This document shows, piece after piece, positions 47,255 to 58,459 of a stretch of 64,000 nt of DNA. How positions within the stretch are numbered: the stretch's first letter is position 1; each line of letters opens with the position of its first letter. Source of the stretch: Marsupella aquatica (taxonomy: Eukaryota > Plantae > Marchantiophyta); contig OZ316899.1 in NCBI GenBank assembly GCA_973895155.1, positions 13,147,934 through 13,211,933 on the forward strand, read 5' to 3'. The position numbers and the translations under genes were made by a program. The notes beneath the pieces are model-generated. The model made no database searches. It was not told the origin of the DNA and saw nothing but the letters and a program-made list of their open reading frames with translations.

Positions 47255-50200
47255 ATGTTGCGAGGACTTAAAGTTAGGGCCTCCTTGGGCAAACTACGCA
47301 TTTCTGGCTGCGATCGGGACAGGTGACAAGCACTTTTCGGAGCAAACTCTCACTCCTTTATATTTTTTACTTTTCTCACAAAAGGTTACAATAGGTGCCC
47401 TCGAGTAAGCTTGCCTGCAAGAGTCTGGTAGCTGGCCCTACGGCAGGCCGCTACCTCTAACTTGTCGGGTAGAACTCCTCGAGTGACTAACTACTCAAAA
47501 TCTGACGGAAAAACTATCCTCCTTAGCTCACAAAACCAAAAACTTGACTAGCTACTCCACTAGTCTAAAACAGCTCGCACGAAACTCCAGCCTGGACCAA
47601 CGAGGCTCCAAACTCAAGAAATCCTTGCCTGGATTGACGACTCACTCAGAACTCCAAAACCGCCGCACAACAGTCGAGTTCTGAAGAATAGAGCGGAACT
47701 CACAGAACGCAACTCAACAGATCTCAATGGACAGCCGCCAACCTCAATGAGCCAAGGCTCAAGTCTTAAGTAGCATCAGAAACCCAACCATCCAGCCTGA
47801 GCCAACTGCCAGGAGCGAGGCTCATCCAAACTCCAAGCCTGGTGAGTCACCCAAACACCAAACCTGGTGACGACGAGTCACCAATCACCAAACCTCAATC
47901 CAACCAACCAAGCATCCCCTTAAGTTAGCATGCACGCAACCCAACCGGGAGGCCTCGCCCATCATCCCCTATAAAAGCCATTCTTGAGCCAAAATCTTTC
48001 GGGACGACAGCGTAATCTTACGTTCCTCGGGGAAAGCTCCAATGCCTTTAACTGGGATATGGCTACACCGACACCACCAGCCCCTCAGCCGATGACCGCC
48101 GGCGTACCCCCGAACCAGTCCCAAGTCCGTCCTGTGAACAACACCGAGTGTTCTTTGGGTTCAGAGCAAGTTAGTCCGCATCTCGAGTAGCGTTCTCGTA
48201 AGCGGGCAAGGACGACACCGGCCCCCGAATCGACAACGCAAACCAACGCCGCTCCTGCACCTGCCCTGGGTAACCCCTGGCCAACCAGGCCCGACGGCCC
48301 CCGGATAATCCAAAGTCTAACTTATTACAGGTAATCCGCATCCCCAAGGTAGTCTTGATTGCAATCAAGAAACTTGACCACGCGGACTACCTCAAGGAGC
48401 ATCATACGACGGAAGTCATATCGCCATCATCCTCGCCTGGTACAAGGCACGGCGGGAGGCCAGAGGAAAGAATATGGCCACCTCAGCCCCGACTAATGTC
48501 ACCCCCGCTCCAAGGGAGGCATCCCCAAGTGAGCGGACTACCGTGCCTCGGCCAAACCCCGAGCCGGAGGCCCCGACTAGTACTCTGTCACCCCCTCCTG
48601 CTGAAATTCCGCTGCCCCCTTCCATCGAGCCTCCACTACCCGTAGTACAACCACCCCAATCCCTCCACCACCTGAAGAAACCTTTCCTTCCCCAGTGCAG
48701 ACTATAGAGGAGCTCACCACCCCGCTCGAGGAACCATCGGTACCCGAGAGGATGGAGGACTACCAAGTAGCCCCGGGGATCATGGCCTACGACCTGGTCC
48801 TGAAGTTTAGTCAGACTCTGTCAGGGGAGCTGGCGACGTACATCGGACAACAATTCTCGGCGTACTTTCAACCAGCCTTCTTCATGTTAGAGCACCAACC
48901 ACGGATCGTAAGCCGCTTGGAAGAAGAACTCATGGCAAAGGGGAATGAGATCGAGCGCCTCCAAATGCTGGTAGAACACCTCGAGGAGGAGGCCACTACC
49001 TGCCGTGAGGAGTTAGTCCGCACCGTCGAACAGCGGGACGGACTAACCCAGGAGTTGAGCAAGGCGCAAGTGGATCTCAAGAAGCTGGACAACACCGTGC
49101 TTCAATTGCGCTCGGAATCCTTGGCTCGGGTTACCAGCTTGACCGACCTCAACAACCAATTCCTACAAGCAGCTCAGCAGGTGGCTAGTCTCTCCACCAA
49201 ACGGGATAAATTGCTGGCGCAAGACCAGACCCATCGTGACTCCATTGACCAGCTCAACCTGGAGGTAGCACGGCTCCAGATCAAGGTCAATGAAGCTGCA
49301 AACAAGGCGAAGGAGGCTCTGCGGGACAACAAGGCCTTGCAGGACCGCATTACCCTGCTCGTCCTCCAGCGGGGACTTGGGCCCACCTCTGATCAAGGCC
49401 GCTCGAGGTCTCGCCCCGACAAGGGGACAAACCCTGGTCCAACCATGGCTCGCACGTAAGAGGTGGTTAGCAAAGGGTGGAAGCAGGTGCCGCGCAAGGC
49501 GGTTCAGTCAACGGCATCTTTTGGTTAGGCGTAAAGACAGAATAGTTGTCATTAGGCGCCGATTAGCGACACAGTAGGAAGAATTAGGACCGGATCAGTT
49601 AGGATCAGCCAACGTAGGATAGAGTCCATCAACGGACTAGATTTTGGTTAGTAGACTTAGCTGCTGCCATTCCGGTCAGCGCCCTTGTCGTCGACGGTCA
49701 ACCGGTCAGAGGAGTGCGGCTAGCTAGTCAGAGGGTAGTTAGTCAGTAGGCATTACCCCAGAAGGTAGTATCTTCCGGTTCCTTTCCGCAACCGTAGATA
49801 GTATTTAGGCTTCCCTTTCCGCTGTGGGAAAAGGGGAGAAGGCTTAGTTATCTCAGCATAAGAAAAGGCGAGGCACGGGGAGTCCCGGCCTGAGCAGGGT
49901 CAGAGCGCACCAAGGAGTGAGAGCCAGAGTCGAGCTTGTTGGGCAAGTGCGGGGCGGGGCCTCGTAGAGATTGGGCATCGACTGCCGTTGGGCCTGCTGA
50001 CCCCCTTAGAAGTCAAGTCAACTATGTAAACTGATTCTTCGTTGAGTAAATGTAGTCTTTTCCCTCTAATGTTTCCGCGAGTAACTGGTGTTGTGTGTAT
50101 GCTTTGTCTGGGCAAAGGCGCCATTTCAAGGGATGTACCGGGTGCGGACTAATGGTAGGGATTGCCACCCATTGCATGTCACAAGGTTCTGTCGCGTCGA

Positions 50201-51711
50201 TGGCTTGAAAGCCCCAAGCCGGGAGTTAGTCCGAGTCACTAACTGTGGGAATATTCCAGCGGTGGGAATATTCTAGCGGTGGAAAACAAATATACCTATG
50301 ACTAGTACAAGTTGCGTGAGTGTTATACCAGTAAGTATATTGCCTTAGCCCGACTTAGGGCCAATCGAGGCCACTACACACCTCCTTGCCCAAACCCTCA
50401 CCCCTACTGGTGGTCAAGGTCGCCCCATGGAGCTAAACTGGATTTAAGGCCCGGGTTAGGGGCGCGACACCGTCCCAACAAGGTCCTTGTGGAAAGGTAA
50501 AAAGGAACTATGGAGTGAAAGTGATCCATTTTTAAAACATTTTAACCTTACTTGAAGCTTATTTAGGTTTATCCATCACCCCTTAATCCATTTTACGCCT
50601 CAAAGGAATGTTATGGAAGAAAGCTAAGAAGTTTGAGTTTGGAAGGAAGAATCGCTTCAGACAAAAAATCGGTTTCAAAGAAATCACTTCAGGAGGAAGC
50701 AGAAGAATCGCTTTGCAGAAAGACCAGCAGAAGAATTGCTTTGGAAGTTGGAATATCGATTTAGACTTTTGGAAGCAACTTTGACGGACGATTGCGGATC
50801 GGTCCCATATCGGTTTGAGGAGATTTTTGGTGCGTTGGAAAGATCTTATCAAGGGCTATAAGGAGAATTTAAGTTTGGTCCCAAAAGACCAACTTCAGAA
50901 TAACCCAAACCGATTCTCCAAGGTTTTTTGGCATATGTTACTTAAATTGTTTTCTATCTCTTTTCTCACCTCTTGAACCTTTCCATGAGTTAGATAGAGT
51001 AGGATATAGAGGGACATAGTTTAGTGTACCTTTAGGAATTAGATTTAGAGAGTCTTAGACTTATTTTACCTTTTAGGACCCTAAGTTTAGATGAGAAAAG
51101 GTTTTTAGGCTTCTAAACCTTTTGGCATCTTAAACCTTTTGAGGGAGCCTTACAAGTGGACTCCCAAGATCATGATTCATTGTCTTTTCTTCAACATTGA
51201 TTTTTGACCAAGTGTGGGTCTTTTTCTCATGCCAAATTGGGCTTAGGAGAAAGAATTTAATGGAGAAGACTTGTACCACTCACATCAATTGAATTTCAAA
51301 CATTTCATGAATCAAACTTAAGTATTCAAGTTTTGATGTTTGAATTAGTTGTAGGAAATAGATTTGAATGGATAACTAAGGTGTGCCTTTGAAATCTAGT
51401 TGAAATGGGAATTGTACCAACCTTCATGACGTAAAACCGATCACAACTAAGTGTATAAGGAAGTTAGAGGGAAGAGAAAACCTTTCAATCTATCGAGAAG
51501 AAGCCGAACCTAAGGAATTTCATTTCAGCATTTGTGACATACTAATCATTTCAGGATTATATAAGGAAAAACAACAAAGAAATCGCTTGAAGATTTTGAA
51601 CATCACAAAACCTTGGTAAATCGCTTTGTTTATTCTTTACGGGACCAAATCTTGGTATTTAAGGATAAAAGTATATACATTTGTATGATTCCACTTACCT
51701 TATATTCGTTT

Positions 51712-51729
51712 TGGCGCCGCTGCCGGGGA
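51712..51729 (+). other. Primer-binding site of E, tRNA-Asp type
   Basis: TGGCGCCGCTGCCGGGGA, matching the Athila-type TGGCGCCGTTGCCGGGGA; 16 nt after the inferred LTR end. Confidence 0.85.
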
Positions 51730-52397
51730 ATAAATCAAAAGCGATTTATGAAGGAGGCCAAGAGAATTGGCCAAAATAAAGATTTAAGTACAGACAGACA
51801 ATCGATTTTGATACGATAAACAAATTGTGTAAGGCCAAGAAAGATAATTCACGACAAGAGGAGGATTCAGCAGGTGGACAATCGGATTGATTCCTGAAGG
51901 AACATATACTTTGTAAGTATGGACGATTCAATGCTCTTTGGCTCTCCTTTTACATTTAAAGTAAAACCTTTCTCAATAGACAATGCTCCTTCAGCGTTGG
52001 TTAAGTTACTAAAAGAAGAGGCAAAAATGGAGATAGCAAAAAAGGAAGTCAGGGGGAAGGCCAAGAAATCGCTTAGAAAAGTAAAATCACCTACTAGCAA
52101 AGGATCTCCATTACCACCTCTGAATTGAATGGACCTATTGGCCTTAAGGGAAGTAAATCTTTTCCATTAACATTTTTTAATTTTAGTTAGGCTAGAAAAG
52201 TAAAGAGAGAAACCGATTCTTAGAAAAATTAATGGAGAAATCTTGGTGACAATCGGTTCCGACGGATATATCATTTTTTGTTTCTGTATTTTTGTTTCTT
52301 GCTTCCAATGAATTAATCGGTTGGGGAGAAAGATCGCTTCCTTTGTTTTAGAATTTTGGGATATGGCAAGACTCTTTAGTTCATATGCAAAGATTTC

Positions 52398-55300
52398 ATG
52401 AGTAGGGACATTACTAACCCTTCTGAACGAGAAAAGAGATATAACAATCTAGAACAAAAGAAATTGACCCCATCTGAGGAGGGATCTTCCAATGGAAGGT
52501 CAAGATCGAACTCAAGCGATAGAGGTAAGACTAGAATCACAAAGACTAAGCCAGTGCCATATGTTGATCTTACAAGACATAGAAGTGAGAGGTACATTGA
52601 GGAAGATGTGGATAATTTAAATAGTCTTAGTGATTTTGAAGAGAGGGAACAATCTGTGGTACCAGAATCACCTACTGTTGCCGAAAAGGTTCAACATTTA
52701 GAAGAGTTGGTGACTCAAGGTGCGCTTGAGGGAGAAAGGGCTAATCAATTGATAGGAAACTTAATCTCTAAAGGATCTCTACTTGCGCCAATTAAGGTAG
52801 GAAATAAATTGTTTGTTTCATTATCTTCTGGGTCCTCTAGTGCCCGTCCTCCTTCCATCATGACATCCTCCAGAAGGCTGAAATATACGGTTTTCAAGGG
52901 AAGAGGCCAAGATCCAGATGATTGGCTGGGAGAATTTTTGTCAACAACCAAAACCAACAAGCAAAATGCGGATCCAGATCTCTTGCGGATTTTTGAAGGA
53001 CTCATGAAAAACGAAGCACATAAATGGTATACTCTATCCCTTACCCCAGCTATTCAGGGTAGCTGGCCTGATTTACAAAATGCTTTTAGGAAAGAATTTA
53101 GAGAAGCAAAAGCCACTTGTAGAGTGTTAGCTAGACTTAGGAGAATTCGCATGAGAAAAAAAGACACATTGAGAACTTATTCTCAGAATGTTAGGAAATT
53201 AATTCTTAAGATTAGACCTCTGCCTAGTGATGAGATGCAAACCAAGTATTTCACAGGAGGATTGCCTAGAGAGATGAATAGATATGTTAGAAGATCACAC
53301 CCTGCCAATTTAGGAGAAGCGATTGAAGTGGCACAAGAGTTTGAAGATACTGAGATGTCTCAGAGAAAAGAATTGAAAAAAGAGGAGAAGAAAGAAAAGG
53401 AGAGAGAGAAAAGAAAGTGGAGGAAGAAAAGGTCAGGAGGTAAAAAGAAAGAAATAAGTTCTTCTAGTACCTCCTCCTCATCGTCAGAGTCTAGTTCTTG
53501 CTCTTCCTCCTCTTCCTCCTCTTCCTCATCCTCATTTGATGATGAGTCCACCCGCCATCGTAGAGACAGAAGAAAAGTATCAGCCAACTAATAATGCGCT
53601 CAAGTCCCTTACAGATGTGAAGAAAACGATTGATGAGTTGAGTGGCAAATTTGATAAACTTTCAATTAATTTGGCAGACAATCGCCCAAAGAGGAGGCCT
53701 GCTCCGATAAACCAACCAAATGTTTGGTGCGCTAGATGTGGAGAAAGAGGCCACTATCCAGTGGAGTGTCCCCACATGGGGAGGCAAGCTCAATACATTG
53801 CGGAAGAATAAGACAAACCAGCCTACTATGCAGAAGAACAAGACGAGATTGACTGGTACATGGTCAATAATCCCCCGCCTATGAGAAGACCAATGGGACC
53901 ACCAAGACCACCAATGGGTTGGGGTATGGGAGGAAGTATGATGCCTAGGCCCATGACAATGAGACCTCCTGTCAAACCTCCAATGGAACCACCCGGAGGC
54001 TATCCACCTCGTACACAGAGAATCCCTGGGACCTGCTACAATTGTGGAGTAGCGGGACATTATACACCTGAGTGCCCTTACCCAAAGGCTCCTTATGCAT
54101 ATACCCCTATATGTGGGAACTGTGGAGACGAGGGCCATCTCCCAATCAAATGCCCCAAACCGGTGCAGCCAAAGTTGATGGTGAAGTATGTGAAGGATCC
54201 GGAGAAGGGAGAAACGACAGAAGTCCGGATGATATTTCTGGAAGACAGACACCTCATAACTGAGGAGAAGGTGAACCTGGAGTAATCGATTCCAGTATAT
54301 CGGACCACAACCCGAAGTGCCAAAAGGAAAGAGCTGCTCAAGAATACCCAAAGCGATTCGCCAGCCGCACCAATCGCTTTGCCAAAAAGCGATTCTTCCA
54401 ATGGACCAATCGCTTTTCCTCAGAAGCATGCAAAGAAGGCTAGAGCGAATGAACAACCGCTTGGAGGTAAGCAGAAGGAGGGACTTCCCAAGGAATTAGA
54501 CCCAGCATATGACAGGTATGACCCTAAGTACTTTATCCGTGACATATCTTCAGAAGCTCAAGAGTACATTGAGAAAGAAGTCACGAATCAGACTTCTAAG
54601 GAGCAAGTGCCTTTTAAACAAGTCACCTTTCAAGATGGATCAAAATTTGAGGGTGTTAGAGTAGATGAGAAGTTATGATATAATATAGTTAAAGATGTGG
54701 CTAATACTCCAGCTAATGTTACCTTTGGAGAGTTGTTGAGGGATAATGCATTGTATAGGAAGCAGCTTAAACCTCTTTTAAGTAGTAGGCGTAGGAAGTA
54801 TAAGATGCCCCCGGTGTCTGTGAATTTTACTGAGATAGAGGATTTTGGAGCCCCGGATGTAGAATTACAAATTGATGGATGCCTTATTAGGAGTGTACCT
54901 ATTGATGGTGGGTCTGGAGTCAATATAATGATAGCACAAACAGCAAGATCATTAGGATTTAGTAAGTTTGAAGCAACTCCTCGTGTTTTTAGAATGGCAG
55001 ACCAATCTAGGGTCTTTCCTTTGTGAAATTTAGGAAACATAGAGGTTATCATAGGAGGGTTACCTTTTGTCTTAAATTTTTTGATAATTGACCCCCCTAC
55101 ACCATCTACTTTCCCTATCCTTTTAGGTAGACCATGGCTCTATAAGGCCAAAGTCAAGGTGAATTGGGCTAACAAAACCTTTTCTTTTGGGCACCCCAAA
55201 GTTATCTTGTCTTGGGATAAAGTGCAGCATCTCGGTGACACCATGTCGTCTGATCCGGGATACACTTCGGATGATAGTACCTCGACAGTGGAATCAAGAT

Positions 55301-58300
55301 GGGTAGACGAGATGATGAAGCTCAAAGAGGAGGATTTTAAGTTTGAGGAGGATGTTCGATACTTGGAGGTCTACACCTACTCAACTGGTGAAGATGAAGA
55401 GGTCAGGCAAGTCCACGAGACAAATTCTCCAGAAAGGTCTGAAATTCCCTCTTCCAATCCTACTTTGATTGTTGCACCTAAACCGATTTTTACACCTAAA
55501 GCGATTCTTTCACCTCTTCTGGAACCGAAACCGATTGAGGAGATGGAAGAATCGGATTGGGAAGAATAGCAATTACAGAAACCTAAGGAAGGGGAGTTAG
55601 CCCTAGGGAAGAGTACTGCCTACTTTGAGGAATCAGCTAGTATGACTGAAGGTATGGTTAAGAAAACCCAATATGTTAAAATTGAATTAGAAACCGATAA
55701 AACCTTCAATGTAGGAAGAGCGTTAGATGACATATCTAAGCAAAAATATAAGAAGCTACTAGAAGAATATAAAGATGTTTTTGCATGGAGCCACCATGAC
55801 CTTAAAGGCATTTCCACTACCTTAGGTGAACATAGGATAGATGTGGTAGAAGGGGCAATTCCTATTAGGCAACGTCAGTATAGACTGAATCCTAAGTACT
55901 CTCTTATGGTTAAAACCGAATTAGATAAGTTGCTTGAGGCTGGTTTCATTTATCCTATCTTAAGTAGTGAGTGGGTCTCACCAATAGTGATAGTTCCTAA
56001 GAAGCCTGGACCAGATGGAAAGGTTAAGATTAGGGTATGTCAAGATTATAGAAAATTAAATGCCGCTACTAGAAAAGATTTCCATCCTTTACCTTTTACT
56101 GATACTATCTTAGATCAGGTTGCTGGTCATGAGATGTATAGTTTCCTAGATGGATTTTCAGGTTATAACCAGGTATTTATTAGGAAATCAGATCAGTCCA
56201 AGACCACATTCACAACCGATTGGGGTACTTATGCTTTTTCTAGAATGCCTTTTGGTTTGTGCAATGCCCCCGCTACTTTTCAAAGACTAATGACTGTTAT
56301 TTTCCAGGAATACTTGCGGGATTTTTTAGAGATTTTTATAGATGAGTTTTGTGTCTATGGGCAGAAGAAAGACCATTTAGAGTATTTGAAGAAAACATTT
56401 GCCAAGTGTCGGGAGGCAGGGCTATGTTTACACCCTGAGAAGTGCTATTTTGGCATGAAGGAGGGAATTTTGCTTGGGCATAAGATATCCCAGAGTGGCA
56501 TTGCTGTGGATCATGATAAAGTCGTGGTAATCCTTGCCTTAGAAGTTCCCACTAACTTGCGTGAGCTAAGGGGTTTCCTAGGGTATGTGGGTTATTACCG
56601 TCGGTTTATAGAGGGCTACTCCGTCCTTGCCACACCTCTTACTCAACTCCTCAAGAAGGATGCTCCTTATGAGTGGAGTGATGCTAGGGAAAATACCTTC
56701 ATTACCCTCAAATATAAGTTAACAGTCGCTCTTGTCCTTATCCCGCCTGATTGGGAAAAAGTTTTTCATGTTTTTGTAGATACCTCCAAGTTTTGTATAG
56801 GCTTAGAACTAAGTCAAAAGGATGAGCATGATAAGAGCCATCCGATTTATTTTGCTAGTCGCCAGTTGCATAGTGCAGAGAGAAATTACTCCACCACAGA
56901 GAGAGAGGCCTTAGGCATGGTCTTTGCTTGCAAAAAGTTCAGACACTACCTCCTTGGCTATGACACTGTGTTTCATACGGACCATCATTCGTTGAAATAT
57001 CTGTTCAACAAGGTGGACCTGTCGGGCCGAATTGCAAGGTGGGTCCTGCTTTTGCAAGAGTTCCAATTCAAAGTGGAAGTACGAGCAGGCAAGAGTCACG
57101 TCAATGCAGACTACTTATCTCGGTTGGAGGGAGAACATGGCAAGGAAGCGGTACCAGATCATTTTCCTGATGAGGAGTTGTTTCACATCGAGGGAGAACA
57201 ATCGCTTTATGCTGATATTGTCACTTACCTTCTGACGGGACGACCACCAGAGCCAATGAATGCAAAGCAACAAGCGGTTTTTGTGTATAAGGCAGGGCCT
57301 TATACTCTCATTCAAGGTGTTACACAAAGCCATGCCTGATCTTAAACTCAAGAGGTGTTTGGAGCGGCATGAAATCCCTCGGGTGATAAGTGCTTTACAT
57401 GAAGGGAATTCTGGAGGGCATTTTGCTGTTGCGACTACAATTGCTAAAATTAGAGATGCGGGCTACTGGTGGCCCTCTATGCATAGGGATGTTTTCCAGT
57501 TTATCAAGGGATGTGATCCATGCCAAAGGATGGGAAAACCTCTGCTGAGTGGGAGATGGCCCTTAATACCTATCATGCCTTTGGCTCCATTTGAGAAGTG
57601 GGGGATAGATTTGTGGGTCCTATCCAACCAGTGACACAAAGGAGGAGAAATCGCTACATCATTGTTGCAACAGATTACACCACTAAATGGGTGGAAGCCG
57701 AGGCAGTGAGAAGAGATGATGCCACCGTCACAACACTTTTTCTTTTTGATAATCACTAGATATGGTTGCCCTTTAGAGTTGGTCAGTGATAGAGGCACAC
57801 ACTTCCTCAACAGCACCATGGAACTTCTCACAAACACCTACCTGATTAAGCACAGAAAAACAACACCCTATAATCCTAAAGCAAACGGTTTGACGGAGAG
57901 AGCAAATGGCATTATTTGTAAGATTCTCACAAAAATCGTTTCAGCACACAAGAGTGATTGGGATATGAAGCTTCCGTCTGCACTTTGGGCTTATAGGACA
58001 GCACAAAAGATCACAACCAAACGCACTCCCTTTTATATGGTTTATGGTATGGACTCCATTGTTCCTATAGAATTTAGTATACCTACTGCACGGGTATTAG
58101 ATGACAGAAAATTACCTCCTGAGGAAAGTCAGCTCCTTAGATTGGTAGAGTTGGAGCACTTAGAGGAAAATCGCCTCTATGCACTCACACACACTCATAC
58201 TCAGCAACAAAATCGGAAAGTGAATTATGATAAGAAGGTGAAGCCGACCACTATTGAAGCTGGAGATTTAGTTTTACTTTATGACAACCGTTATTTAAAA

Positions 58301-58459
58301 TTTCCAGGGAAACTCCACACTAGGTGGGGTGGACCCTATTTAGTTAAAAATGTTTGGGCTAATGGTAGTCTCCAACTTGCCACCACTGCTGGAGACCTAT
58401 TACCCACTAGAGTTAATGGTCATAGAGTCAAAAAATATACCTCCCAGAGTTTAGATTAA
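52398..58459 (+). pseudogene. gag-pol of E, several stops/frameshifts
   Basis: QDPDDWLGEF; three knuckles CARCGERGHYPVEC, CYNCGVAGHYTPEC, CGNCGDEGHLPIKC; IDGGSGVN; 565-aa RT-RH ORF 55642-57339; integrase GGHF..CDPC, SDRGTHF, PGKLHTRWGGPY. Confidence 0.93.

Larger units (their letters stand above)
40598..48009 (-). mobile_element. Full-length Ty3/gypsy element 'D' of a different lineage, ~750-bp LTRs, 4-bp TSD
   Basis: LTRs 40598-41348 and 47256-48009 (TGT.G...CGACA); TSD GCGT at 40594-40597 and 48010-48013; PPT rc GGGGGAGGA at 41349-41357; PBS at 47237-47254. Confidence 0.95.
25645..50469 (+). mobile_element. Full-length Ty3/gypsy (Athila-like, no chromodomain seen) LTR retrotransposon 'C' with nested G and D
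   Basis: Paired LTRs TGTGAC...GCGACA; 5-bp TSD CCGTC at 25640-25644 and 50470-50474; PBS, gag-PR-RT-RH-IN and PPT in order. Confidence 0.95.
39653..50469 (+). repeat. 3' LTR of C, interrupted by D and carrying a 474-bp deletion in its ORF
   Basis: 39653-40597 and 48014-50469 match the 5' LTR. 5' LTR bases 31076-31549 are replaced by the 8-bp filler CATACGAC (48403-48410). Confidence 0.92.

Noticed and set aside
47237-51729. tRNA genes
   Set aside because: Only 18-nt complements of tRNA 3' ends next to LTRs (PBS); no cloverleaf.
53662-54456. 264-aa minus-strand ORF and many similar 60-220-aa opposite-strand ORFs
   Set aside because: Shadow frames antisense to recognisable gag/pol or LTR ORFs; no independent motifs.
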